Assembly (NCBI GenBank): GCA_964497435.1
Contig: CAZCCD010000001.1
Coordinates: forward strand, 87,009 to 151,008
Direction of reading: 5' to 3'
DNA from: Candidatus Woesearchaeota archaeon
GTDB taxonomy: Archaea > Nanobdellota > Nanobdellia > Pacearchaeales > GW2011-AR1
DNA: 64,000 bases
Below are positions 55,062-64,000 of the stretch, piece by piece. Made by a program: the position numbers and the translations under genes. The notes under the pieces were generated by a model that did not search any database, was not told the origin of the DNA, and was given only the letters and a program-made list of their open reading frames with translations. Each line of letters begins with the position of its first letter. The first letter of the stretch is position 1.

Positions 55062-55510
55062 CTTTTAGAATCAATCTTCCTCAATCTTCTTTTATGTCTT
55101 TCAACGTTTGAAAAAGGAGTTTTCAACCAGAGTTTTATTGCATTTTTTGTTTGTTTTTCATTCAAAAATCTGGCTCCAAGAGAGAGAATGTTTGCATCAT
55201 TATGTTCTCTTGAAAGTTTTAAGATTTTTGGATTTCCTCCATAATAAAATGCTGCTCTGGCTCCCCTGATTCTATTGGCAGCTATTGCCTCTCCCTGCCC
55301 AGAACCAGCAATGATTATTCCTTTAGAATCTCTGCCTTTAGCTACTTTTTCAGCAAGAGGAATCACAAAATCAGGATAGTCATCATCTTCATGATAAACT
55401 AAAGGCCCGCAATCAACTATCTTGTACTTTTGTTTTTTCAGCCATGCCTTTACTTTTTGTTTAAGATAAAATCCTGCATGATCTCCTGCTAAGTATATCA
55501 CCTTTTTCAT
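55058..55510 (-). CDS. rpiB: ribose-5-phosphate isomerase B (RpiB/LacAB family)
   Basis: It has LAGDHAGF, DYPDF, IIIAGSGQGEAIAANRIRGARAA and REHNDANILSLGARF, all typical of RpiB. Confidence 0.75.
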   Translation of the reverse strand: MKKVIYLAGDHAGFYLKQKVKAWLKKQKYKIVDCGPLVYHEDDDYPDFVIPLAEKVAKGRDSKGIIIAGSGQGEAIAANRIRGARAAFYYGGNPKILKLSREHNDANILSLGARFLNEKQTKNAIKLWLKTPFSNVERHKRRLRKIDSKR

Positions 55511-55785
55511 AGAAGAATAAGTAAAAAAGAGTTTATTAATTTAATTAAATTTGTTAACATGACTAATATTCTAACTAAATGCTATATTTTTGACCCCAAT
55601 TTATTATATATTTATTTTTTAAGATACCTAACTTAAACTACCAATTTAACATAAAAATCTAATTATCAATCATTTCCCATAAATTCCCAGTTACACTACC
55701 TACTTTATATTCATAAGGCAAATTTTATATAGTTACACTACCTTTCAAAATTAATTTAAAAGAGGAATAATCCTTATTGTCTTAA

Positions 55786-55910
55786 GGGAGAGGTCATAAG
55801 AACTTTTCGGTTGCTGGATGCATCGAGACAAAAGGCAAAGCCTTTAGCTGCTTCGCCAAAATGTCAAAGCAAACCAGCTGGAGGTTTCAATTCCGTAGGT
55901 TCTTTTTATT
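55786..55910 (+). ncRNA. structured RNA-like repeated element, copy 2 (identical to copy 1), 17 nt upstream of the 55928 start codon
   Basis: It is 125/125 identical to 54433-54557. It is followed by a short tandem duplication 'ccgtaggttt' and then the ATG at 55928. Confidence 0.45.
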
Positions 55911-55927
55911 CCGTAGGTTTTTAAACA

Positions 55928-58900
55928 ATGGTTTATAAAAGATACATAAGAAGAAGGGTTAATGGAAAGCTAAAGCTTTTTGGTCCATATTACTATGAAA
56001 GCAAGAAAGTTGATGGAAAAGTCATTTCAACATACATAGGGCCAAGTGAAAAAGAAAATTTAATTATTTTAAAGCTGAGAACAAGACCCAAAATATTCTT
56101 TTTGTCAGTATCTATAATTGCACTAATAATAATTCTTTTTTTTGTAATAAAATTATTTCCGACAGGAAAAATCTCATCTGAAATACCAAATACTTATTTC
56201 GAAGGAGAGGTTTTATCTGGAAATATAAATCTTATATTGAAAAATGGGGAATTAATTCCTGCTAACACAAAATTAATTATAGACAATGCAGGGGAAATAA
56301 GCGAGTATTCTTTGAGAGAGTTACTGCCAATAGAAGTAACTATAGATAATTTTTATGTTGAAGACAAAGAAATAATAGGTAGTGGAGAAGGCTACGGGAT
56401 AGCTGGAGAAAATCCTGATATTTCTCCCTCTAAAGGTTTTGGGAAAGAATATCTAACTGGAAATCAATTTAATTTACCTATAGATTTATCTAATTTAAAT
56501 ATTGTAGCAAGACAAGGAATTCTAAGAGTAAGTTTTGTATATAATGATATAGAGATTACTTCTGCGACACAAGAAATTGAAATAAAAAAACAAATTAGCA
56601 AGACAGGAATTACAGGAACTGTCCCTGGAGAAAAAGTAAATGAATCAAATATAACTATTCCAATAAATGAACCTGTAATAGAAACAGGGCATGGAGAAGT
56701 AATTGTTAATCAACCTGTAAAATGGACAAAGAAAATAACCCTCGAGAATAAAGGAAATGTGAGAGTTGAAATTCCTGGACAGGCAGAAAATATAGTTGTT
56801 TATAAAATTTCAGAAGATGAAAAAAAAGAAAAAGTATCTGACCAAAAAATAAAAATAACTGCGAAAGCTTCTGCCGAGATAATTCTTGATAAAAACGGAG
56901 AATCATTAATTAAAAGATTTTTCAAAAAAATTATTAACTTCATAACAGGCAAGGTTGTTACTGTGCAGGAAACAAGGGGCGTGAAAGAAGTTTTTGTTGA
57001 TGAGAATGAAAAACAGTATGAAATTGAATATGAAATACCAGGCCCTTATAAAACAGAACAATTAACAGAAAAAGGGAAAATAATTGAAGTTTTAAGCCAG
57101 GATATAAATTATGAGAGTGTTTTAGTGTCAACAGAATTAGATGAAAGCTTAAATGTAAAAAATCCTTCAAGTATTAGAATTCATTGGCAAGAACAAGATG
57201 TCTTAATTAAACCAGAGAAAGTTGAAGATAAAGATTCCAACGGAATTTATGATTATCTTGAATTTATAGCTCCTTACTCAAACCAGATTTTTGAAGTAAT
57301 TGTTATTACAAAAGCAGAGCATCTTGATTCAAATAGGAATTTTATTTCTGATATTTATGAAGAAGTCAAAGAACTTGACGATATTTTCAGCGAGGAAATT
57401 AAAAACAACGAATACGTCAGAGTTACATTTGAACAGAACTTAATGAATGAAAATGATATAACTCTTTTCCCTAAAATTGCATCTGGAGACCCAAGAATAG
57501 AGGTTTATGAAGAAGATAGTGATTTGTTAATTACAGAATTTTCAAATCTAATTGATAATGAGTATAATAAAGTTTTACTTACAAATCTTCAAGGAGAGCA
57601 AGATACATTTGATTTAAAAATTGTTGGTGGAAGTTTATTTTTTGATCATGTTGTTGATCCTCTTGTTAATTTATTTTATGACACCTTTACAGACACTACT
57701 GGAACACTTCTGACATCTCATGCTCCTGATATAGGAACTTCTTGGACACAGGTCTGGACATCTGGTGGAAATCTTGACATTGAGTTCAACCAGCTTCAGC
57801 ATACTGGAACAATAAATGACGGGGGGATAGGAATTGCTAATCCCACCCCAACAAGCAGTAATTATACTGTTTCTGTTCTTTATGCTGTTGCAGATAATCA
57901 GGATGATACCTCAACTTTGGTGTTAAGATGGATTAATGAAAACAACTTCTATTCTTTTAGATGGTCTACTACAGCATCTCAGAGTCTAATAAATAAGAGG
58001 GTTTCTGGAACCTGCACTGTGATTAATTCAACTTGTCCAAGTCCCTCACAAGGACAGACAGTAAGATTTGAGGTTATTGGTAGCCAGTTATCTGTTTATT
58101 ATAATAATATTTTAGCCTGTTCTGTTATTGATACTTCTTTGACTTTAGCTGGCGCCGGAGGAACAGGAGTTGGGGCAACACCTTGCGATACTAATAATGA
58201 TGTAAGCTCTCAGAGACTTGACAATTTTAATATGACTGAAATTGTGGCAGACACAACACCTCCAATAATAAGCAACCCCAATATAAATGACACAGAAATA
58301 AATCAAAATGAATATTTTTGCTTAAATGCAACAGCAACAGATGTTTCTGGAATAAACAGTGTTTTAGCAGAGGTCTGGAATACAACCAACTTTGTTAACT
58401 ACACGATGTCTGATACAGGAAATTCATGTTCTGGAGTTGGAGGAGACGATGTTTACGGGGTTTCAATCCAGGGAATAGCTTTAGGATTGTGGAATTACAA
58501 CAAAGTTTATGCAAATGACACTCTTGGAAATTTAAATGCTTTTGATTTCTCTGATTTAACAATTAATGTGATTGGATTAAACCAGCCTCCAACTGTTAAT
58601 TATGTTCAATCAATTCCATCCCAAATTCCTCTTGAAGGAACAACTAGAACAGTTGTATTTGAAACAAAGGTTTCTGATCCAAATGGAGTTGGTGATATTA
58701 ATAATTCAAAGGTAAGAGTAAACTTTAGCATGCCTGGAGAACAAACAAGATATGGAAATTGTTTATGGAGCAGTGATATAAATTCTATGACAGCAAATTA
58801 TTCCTGCTCTGTTAATATGCTGTATTACGACGCATCTGGAACTTGGAATGTTTCTATTAATGCAACTGATTTATCTGGGGCTTTGGCAGTAAACAATACA

Positions 58901-59317
58901 CAAACATTTGTTTATCTAGAACTAAAGGCAATGGTAATTACTTCTCCGATAGGAGCATTAAACTGGCCAATACTTAATCCAGGAGCAACTAATTTACTTT
59001 CTACAAATCATCCAAATGTTATTGAAAATACAGGAAACTATGAAGGGCCTTTATTAATTACTGCCAGTGATTTAGTTGGAGAAACAAACCCTAGTGAAAC
59101 AATTCCGGCCATTAATTTCAGGGCAGGACCTAGTTCAGGCTCTGAATGCACTGCAACACAGCTGCAAAATGGAGTTTCGGTTTCTATTGCTGGTTCTAAT
59201 TTACCAAGAGGACCAGGAGCAACAGAAGAAATTTATTACTGTTTAAATAGCGTACCATTTGTATCATCTCAGACATATTCAGCAGTAGGAGCAAATAGTT
59301 GGACAATTGGGATATAA
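55928..59317 (+). CDS. large (1129 aa) N-terminally anchored surface protein; C-terminal ~250-aa domain paralogous to the 59559..60464 product
   Basis: It has a single TM at residues ~55-75. The C-terminal region (…NWPILNPGATNLLSTNHPNVIENTGNYEGPLLITASDLVGETNPSE…EIYYCLNSVPFVSSQTYS…) is shared with the next gene. Confidence 0.5.
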   Translation: MVYKRYIRRRVNGKLKLFGPYYYESKKVDGKVISTYIGPSEKENLIILKLRTRPKIFFLSVSIIALIIILFFVIKLFPTGKISSEIPNTYFEGEVLSGNINLILKNGELIPANTKLIIDNAGEISEYSLRELLPIEVTIDNFYVEDKEIIGSGEGYGIAGENPDISPSKGFGKEYLTGNQFNLPIDLSNLNIVARQGILRVSFVYNDIEITSATQEIEIKKQISKTGITGTVPGEKVNESNITIPINEPVIETGHGEVIVNQPVKWTKKITLENKGNVRVEIPGQAENIVVYKISEDEKKEKVSDQKIKITAKASAEIILDKNGESLIKRFFKKIINFITGKVVTVQETRGVKEVFVDENEKQYEIEYEIPGPYKTEQLTEKGKIIEVLSQDINYESVLVSTELDESLNVKNPSSIRIHWQEQDVLIKPEKVEDKDSNGIYDYLEFIAPYSNQIFEVIVITKAEHLDSNRNFISDIYEEVKELDDIFSEEIKNNEYVRVTFEQNLMNENDITLFPKIASGDPRIEVYEEDSDLLITEFSNLIDNEYNKVLLTNLQGEQDTFDLKIVGGSLFFDHVVDPLVNLFYDTFTDTTGTLLTSHAPDIGTSWTQVWTSGGNLDIEFNQLQHTGTINDGGIGIANPTPTSSNYTVSVLYAVADNQDDTSTLVLRWINENNFYSFRWSTTASQSLINKRVSGTCTVINSTCPSPSQGQTVRFEVIGSQLSVYYNNILACSVIDTSLTLAGAGGTGVGATPCDTNNDVSSQRLDNFNMTEIVADTTPPIISNPNINDTEINQNEYFCLNATATDVSGINSVLAEVWNTTNFVNYTMSDTGNSCSGVGGDDVYGVSIQGIALGLWNYNKVYANDTLGNLNAFDFSDLTINVIGLNQPPTVNYVQSIPSQIPLEGTTRTVVFETKVSDPNGVGDINNSKVRVNFSMPGEQTRYGNCLWSSDINSMTANYSCSVNMLYYDASGTWNVSINATDLSGALAVNNTQTFVYLELKAMVITSPIGALNWPILNPGATNLLSTNHPNVIENTGNYEGPLLITASDLVGETNPSETIPAINFRAGPSSGSECTATQLQNGVSVSIAGSNLPRGPGATEEIYYCLNSVPFVSSQTYSAVGANSWTIGI

Positions 59318-59558
59318 ATTTTGTTTTGATTTAATATAAATTAGTCTCGCTATTGCTCGAGATTGGCTTGAGTTAACCTCTAAAAAATACTTTTATATTA
59401 ATTATTTCTATAAATTAACAAGTGAGCTTGCGAACAAGTGTTTGCACGAAGCAAATTTAATAATTAACAACTGAGTGCGGACACGGAGTTAAATATTAAT
59501 AATATTAACAATTCAGAGAACACAAAAATTTAAAAACATAAAATCCCATAATATTAAA

Positions 59559-60464
59559 ATGAAAAAAATAGGGGTGTTTTTTATAATCTTGTTATTAGGA
59601 GTTTCTATGATCTCGGCAAGCTTTTTTGATATATTTAAAGAAACTGGAAAAGCATCTTCTGGTTCTCAAGGAGTATCTGTAGTTGTTGCTGGAACTAATG
59701 CTCCAACAATTGACCAACCAAGTGCCTCAATAGCAAATCAAAATCCCACAGAGAGTGGAATCACTGTTGTAAATTTTCAAGTTGTGGTAACTGATCTTGA
59801 TGGAGTTGCAAATATTGATGATACGAGCTTAATTGCAAGAGTTTCTCGAGGAGCAACAACAAGGACAGCAACATGCATAAACCCAACAAACATTGATGCT
59901 GATACAAGAAGTTATGACTGCACAATTAACATGCAGTATTTTGATGAGGCAGGGGCATGGGATTTTTATGCTGAAATACAAGATCAAGAAAACAATTTAG
60001 GAACAAGAACAATTCTTGGTTATTTTACTTACACTCTTTTAATGGCTATGCAAGTTCCATTATCTCCTCCTACATTGAATTGGCCGTCACTTACTCCAGG
60101 AGCAACAAATGTTTTATCTAACAATGATCCGACTGTTGTAACTAATACAGGAAATTATGCAGGGAATATCTGGGTAACTGCCTATAACTTAGAAGGAGAG
60201 ACTACTCCAGGAGAATTTATTCTTGCGACTTCTTTTAGTGTTGATTCATTAACAGGAGGAGTTCCTCCATCAGAATGCAATGTTGGAGTTACAGCAATTG
60301 CCTTGGGTCCTGAAGCAACAGCAGTAGATACAGGAGTCAATGCAAATAGAGGAGGCTCTGCAAATGTCTACTATTGTATAACCTCTGTTCCTTTTGTGCC
60401 ATCTCAAACATACTCAACATCAATAAGGGGCCCGGCATTTAGTTGGGTAGTCTCTTATGTATAA
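59559..60464 (+). CDS. secreted protein (301 aa) paralogous to the C-terminal domain of the 55928..59317 product
   Basis: It has a signal peptide. It shares …NWPSLTPGATNVLSNNDPTVVTNTGNYAGNIWVTAYNLEGETTPGE…NVYYCITSVPFVPSQTYS… with the preceding protein. Confidence 0.5.
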   Translation: MKKIGVFFIILLLGVSMISASFFDIFKETGKASSGSQGVSVVVAGTNAPTIDQPSASIANQNPTESGITVVNFQVVVTDLDGVANIDDTSLIARVSRGATTRTATCINPTNIDADTRSYDCTINMQYFDEAGAWDFYAEIQDQENNLGTRTILGYFTYTLLMAMQVPLSPPTLNWPSLTPGATNVLSNNDPTVVTNTGNYAGNIWVTAYNLEGETTPGEFILATSFSVDSLTGGVPPSECNVGVTAIALGPEATAVDTGVNANRGGSANVYYCITSVPFVPSQTYSTSIRGPAFSWVVSYV

Positions 60465-60477
60465 TAAAATGAATCAC

Positions 60478-60497
60478 CCCGCGCTGAAGCGCGAGGT
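60478..60497 (+). terminator. GC-rich hairpin just after the 59559..60464 stop (terminator-like)
   Basis: CCCGCGC-TGAA-GCGCGAGG forms a 5-7 bp GC stem with a tetraloop. That is unusual in a ~30% GC context. It lies 14 nt after the stop codon. Confidence 0.3.
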
Positions 60498-60635
60498 ATC
60501 AAAGAACAAAACAAAATGTTAATGCAAAAAACACGGGTTAATCAAATAATTGCAGATAGTCATAATAGTAGACTGGACTATGAGTATAATCATAATTTTA
60601 CATATTATCATTTATCAAAACTAAATTTTAAGGAT

Positions 60636-60676
60636 GGCGATTCCTCACCAAGTTTGAAAACTTGGGTATCCTCGCC
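60636..60676 (+). promoter_or_regulatory. imperfect nested hairpin in the 5' leader of the 60686 gene
   Basis: GGCGA-ttcctca-CCAAG-tttgaaaa-CTTGG-gtatcc-TCGCC has an outer and an inner 5-bp helix. It ends 10 nt before the ATG at 60686. Confidence 0.3.
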
Positions 60677-60685
60677 GTGGATGTA

Positions 60686-61210
60686 ATGAAAAACAAAATA
60701 AAATTAATTTTTGGAATGATTTTTGTACTCTTAATTTTCATTAATTTTGTAAATTCTGCAGGAATTGTTTCGCCTTATTGGAGAGACTATCCTCTTAGAA
60801 TGACCCAAGGAGAAACAAAGATTGTTAATTTTAATTTACAAAATCTTGTAGGTAATCAAGATGTAACTGTTGAGGTTAAACTTAAACAAGGCTCAGAAAT
60901 TGCCACCCTAGAAAAAACAACCTATACTGCAAAGGCAGGGACATCTGATACAATGATACCATTAAAAATATCCATCCCAAATAATTATAACAAACAAGTT
61001 CAAAGAATTGAGTTAGAAGTAAAAACAGTTAATTCTGAAACTGAAGGCATGATTGTTCTTGGAAGCGGATGGACTGCTTCTTTTGATGTTATTGTTTCTG
61101 AAAAAGAGATAGAAAAAAGAACACTAGCTTGGATAATAGTGCTGTTGATTTTAGTAATAGTTGTGATGGCATTGATAATTTATATATTATTAAATAGAAA
61201 AAGAAGATAA
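60686..61210 (+). CDS. surface protein with N-terminal signal and C-terminal TM anchor + basic tail
   Basis: The signal is MKNKIKLIFGMIFVLLIFINFVNSA. The C-terminus reads WIIVLLILVIVVMALIIYILLNRKRR. The track start (TTG at 60662) is probably over-extended. Confidence 0.4.
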   Translation: MKNKIKLIFGMIFVLLIFINFVNSAGIVSPYWRDYPLRMTQGETKIVNFNLQNLVGNQDVTVEVKLKQGSEIATLEKTTYTAKAGTSDTMIPLKISIPNNYNKQVQRIELEVKTVNSETEGMIVLGSGWTASFDVIVSEKEIEKRTLAWIIVLLILVIVVMALIIYILLNRKRR

Positions 61211-61248
61211 TCAATAAATTTTATATAGCTCTTTTAACAATTATATTT

Positions 61249-62481
61249 ATGAAAAAAAATACTTTCTTAATTTTTATTCTTTTAGTAATCTTATACTTAA
61301 TTATAAAAATAATAAGTGGAAGTGTTACAGGCCAGGCTCTTCAATCTCAAACAAATGTTTCTATTTTTGTTGAGCCATCAATCCCTATTATTAGAATATA
61401 TAATCCTCAAAGCCAGAATTATCAATCTCCTGTATTGCTTAATTATTCAATAAGAAACAACTTTAGTTCTGCATGGTATAACATAGATAATTTAAATAAT
61501 ATCTCTTTACCAAATTTGTCAGATAATTCGTTAACATTCAGCACTTCTGAAGGAACACATATTCTCTATTTATACGCAAATAATACATTTGGAACAAGCA
61601 TGGCTAATGTAACTTTCATAATTTCTAGCCAATCACCTTCTGATGGAGGTAGTTCTAGTGGAGGAGGTGGAAGTGGCGGTTCAGGAGGTGGCGGAGCTCC
61701 ATTGCTTTTTCAAGTTGATAAAACCTTGATTGAATCATCGGTATTTCAAGGAGAGAATAAATTAGAAATAATTAACATAAAAAATATTGGCAGCCAGTCT
61801 TTAGAAATAACATTTGACTTAGTAGACTTAGATACATTTGTAATTATTGGAGATGATAAATTCTACTTAAAACCAGGTGAATCAAAAGATGTCAATGTGA
61901 ATGTTTTTGCATTGGAGAATGCTCCTCCAGGAATCTATGTCGGAAAAATCCTTGTTAAATCTGGGTTTTTTTATAAAATTGTTAATGTGATAATAGAAGT
62001 AAATGAAAGAGAAACTTTGTTTGACCTTCAGATAGAAATCCCTGAAGCTTACAAGATAGTTTTGCCGGGAAAGAAAATTTTAACTACGATAAAGATGATA
62101 AATCTTGGTTTTACTGGAAACCCTGTAGATGTTGATCTTTCACTTTCGATAAGAGATTTGGATAATAATCTTATTTCTACTCTATCAAAAGAAGTCATTG
62201 CAGTAGACAGGAGCCTTTCAATAATCAGAGAATTAAACATTCCAGGAGACATAAATGAAGAAACATATTTAATTGTAGGTGAATTAAAATATGGAGATAT
62301 AACTGCGTCCTCTTACGATACTTTTGAAATAAAAGAAAAAAAATTTCCTTTATTTTGGTGGCTTTTTTTCTTATTTATTGTTATTATTTTAATAGTATAT
62401 TTATCATACAAATTAAAAAAACAAATAAAAAGAGACATTATACCTTATATAAGCCCATTTAGAAAAAAGAAGAAAAAATAA
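61249..62481 (+). CDS. surface protein with signal peptide, Gly/Ser linker and C-terminal TM anchor
   Basis: It has an N-terminal hydrophobic segment, a GGSSSGGGGSGGSGGGG linker and the C-terminal stretch LFWWLFFLFIVIILIVYL followed by a Lys-rich tail. Confidence 0.4.
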   Translation: MKKNTFLIFILLVILYLIIKIISGSVTGQALQSQTNVSIFVEPSIPIIRIYNPQSQNYQSPVLLNYSIRNNFSSAWYNIDNLNNISLPNLSDNSLTFSTSEGTHILYLYANNTFGTSMANVTFIISSQSPSDGGSSSGGGGSGGSGGGGAPLLFQVDKTLIESSVFQGENKLEIINIKNIGSQSLEITFDLVDLDTFVIIGDDKFYLKPGESKDVNVNVFALENAPPGIYVGKILVKSGFFYKIVNVIIEVNERETLFDLQIEIPEAYKIVLPGKKILTTIKMINLGFTGNPVDVDLSLSIRDLDNNLISTLSKEVIAVDRSLSIIRELNIPGDINEETYLIVGELKYGDITASSYDTFEIKEKKFPLFWWLFFLFIVIILIVYLSYKLKKQIKRDIIPYISPFRKKKKK

Positions 62482-62492
62482 AAAAATAAATT

Positions 62493-62858
62493 TTAAGTTT
62501 TCTTTAAACATAATTTATCAGGCCCGTGAATAAATATAGAAATCAAAACTATCAACAATCCAAAGTCCCTAATAGCAACATCATTATACCCTAAAGAAAT
62601 TATGATTCCTATTAAATGTAGCGAACTAATTAAAGCCACTACTCTTACAAATAATCCTAACAATAAAAGCGCTCCAATAACTAAATCAAATACACCATTA
62701 GCATAAATTAAATTTGCCGGAGAAATTCCTATGTTTAAAATATATCCAGGAAGATAACCAAGCCAGTTTTCAGGATTAATGAGCTGGCTTATTCCAAATA
62801 TAAAAAATACGATTCCAACACCATATCTTGCAATTGCAGGAGCGTATTCTTTTTTCAT
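62493..62858 (-). CDS. DoxX-family membrane protein
   Basis: It has 4 predicted TM helices and an N-terminal 'ARYGVGIVFFIFGISQL' that is DoxX-like. Confidence 0.45.
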   Translation of the reverse strand: MKKEYAPAIARYGVGIVFFIFGISQLINPENWLGYLPGYILNIGISPANLIYANGVFDLVIGALLLLGLFVRVVALISSLHLIGIIISLGYNDVAIRDFGLLIVLISIFIHGPDKLCLKKT

Positions 62859-62907
62859 ATTAAATTGATAAAAATATTATTGTATTTAAATTATTCTTTA
62901 TTTTAAA

Positions 62908-63022
62908 GGAGATGTCATAAGAAGAACCGTAGACTCTCTAAAGGGAGATGTCATAAGAACTTTTCGGTTGCTGGATGCATAGAAACCCGCTGGAGGTTTC
63001 AATTCCGTAGGTTCTTTTTATT
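62908..63022 (+). ncRNA. structured RNA-like repeated element, copy 3 (degenerate: internal ~47-nt deletion and 5' partial duplication)
   Basis: The ends are shared with copies 1 and 2 (GGGAGAtGTCATAAGAACTTTTCGGTTGCTGGATGCAT … AGAAACCCGCTGGAGGTTTCAATTCCGTAGGTTCTTTTTATT). 'AAACCCGC' carries the copy-4-type variant. An extra partial 5' copy 'ggagatgtcataagaa' sits at 62908-62924. Confidence 0.4.
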
Positions 63023-63319
63023 ATTGCACAATCAAAGTTCCTTTCATATTACTATGTCCTGTTCCACATTGCACACTACAGAAAAATGTGAATTCCCCTT
63101 TTCTATCGGCAATAAATTCAACATTAACTGTTTCTCTAGGATCTAAACTTTCGCTTACTTCAAAACCAGGCAAAGCAAATCCAGTTGTTAGGATTCATCA
63201 AAGATTAAATAGTAGCGTAAATAAAACCAATTTTCAAACCAAATTGAATTTAGTTTGTTATATGCTTTGTATAAATTTCTAAGTAAAAAATCTCTTTTTA
63301 TTAATATAACCATTACTTT

Positions 63320-63835
63320 TTAACTAACAATAATAGTTCCAGTTGAACCGACCTTTAAATGGTCGTGATATCTCCATGTTCCAACTTGATTAAAGGTAAA
63401 ACTATAACTCTCTCCTGGATTGATTCCTCGACAAGCATCAAAAATATTTGCTTCTTCAGAAGTTCCACATTTATCAATATCAGAACCAGGATAGACTTTA
63501 TGAGTTGGATGGACCGCTGAAGCAGGCCAAATGTTTGAAGTGCCAACATTAGTGAAAGTAACTATCTCTCCAGCACTTATAGTGAGTGTGTTTGGACTAA
63601 AACCAGAGGAACTCATTTCAATAATATTCGCTGTTGTGTCTGTTTCACCACCCCCGGTTTGAGTGTTATCAGGCTGATTTTCCTGATCAGAATCAGTTGT
63701 TCCAGGGCTAGATGTTCCAACAGTAGAAACACTTGCTTTTTTTTCTGTGTCAGATCCAGAGCCACTAAAAATTAAAATTGCTAATACAACTGCAAGGATT
63801 ACAACAGTTGTACTAATAACAGCAACTTTTTTCAT
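63320..63835 (-). CDS. secreted cupredoxin-fold-like protein
   Basis: It has a signal peptide and a Thr/Gly/Asp-rich linker. The C-terminal 'GEIVTFTNVG…HPTH…WRYHDHLKVGSTGTIIVS' resembles the plastocyanin/amicyanin topology, but the Cu ligands are not canonical. Confidence 0.3.
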   Translation of the reverse strand: MKKVAVISTTVVILAVVLAILIFSGSGSDTEKKASVSTVGTSSPGTTDSDQENQPDNTQTGGGETDTTANIIEMSSSGFSPNTLTISAGEIVTFTNVGTSNIWPASAVHPTHKVYPGSDIDKCGTSEEANIFDACRGINPGESYSFTFNQVGTWRYHDHLKVGSTGTIIVS

Positions 63836-64000
63836 TTGAATTTAAAAAATCCAGTCTTTATATATTTTATTATTAATTTTTTATCTTCAGTTTTTTTCTT
63901 TAAACCGGACAAGCTTGGACGATTTCTTAATCATGTCTTTATTTTTAACTTCTTTCTTAATGCTTCTTCATCAAAACCCACAATAATATCTCCATCAATG

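Noticed and set aside
1-64000. CRISPR arrays, rRNA and tRNA genes
   Set aside because: I looked for regularly spaced direct repeats, rRNA-like conserved stretches and tRNA cloverleaf signatures and found none. The Cas4-like nuclease at 22745..23569 stands alone without an array.

Overview
The window is AT-rich (about 30% GC) and gene-dense, and most likely comes from a small-genome archaeon, possibly DPANN-like. The evidence for archaeal origin is aIF2-gamma, archaeal-type D-aminoacyl-tRNA deacylase (DtdA), archaeal-style oligo-T/TATA signals, and DNA gyrase A and B that each carry a LAGLIDADG intein. The ORF track uses alternative starts (TTG/GTG), so several N-termini are over-extended; where I could see this I adjusted the coordinates.

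Three things stand out:
1. A tightly packed four-gene operon (14124-18222): an AsnA-like class II aaRS catalytic-domain paralog, a compact class II LysRS-like protein, a SAM methyltransferase, and an N-terminally truncated RlmN/Cfr-family radical-SAM enzyme. It is convergent with an S66 LD-carboxypeptidase of the MccF type (18230-19243). This is a candidate aminoacyl-adenylate or aminoacyl-tRNA-centred system.
2. A roughly 20 kb island (33.5-53.3 kb, plus satellite loci at 1.6-3.7 kb and 12.0-13.9 kb) encoding a cellulosome-like surface system. It has a 1800-aa scaffoldin-like protein with two cohesin-like modules, at least six secreted proteins carrying C-terminal dockerin-like Ca-binding modules (two sequence families) fused to right-handed beta-helix domains or zincin HExxH metalloproteases, and several MopE-like Cys-rich repeat proteins.
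3. A family of four structured RNA-like elements of about 85-125 nt. Two copies are 100% identical and flank a 1.2 kb segment; one sits as the 5' leader of a GGDEF gene and supplies its Shine-Dalgarno. Compensatory base changes between copies support a conserved helix.

Other content includes tandem paralog families of Cys-rich secreted proteins, two wHTH-MNT/HEPN modules, two DUF4258/DUF2283 pairs, pentose-phosphate genes (rpe, rpiB), a Cas4-like nuclease without a CRISPR array, and a recurring GC-containing intergenic motif upstream of secreted-protein genes. I found no rRNA, tRNA or CRISPR array.
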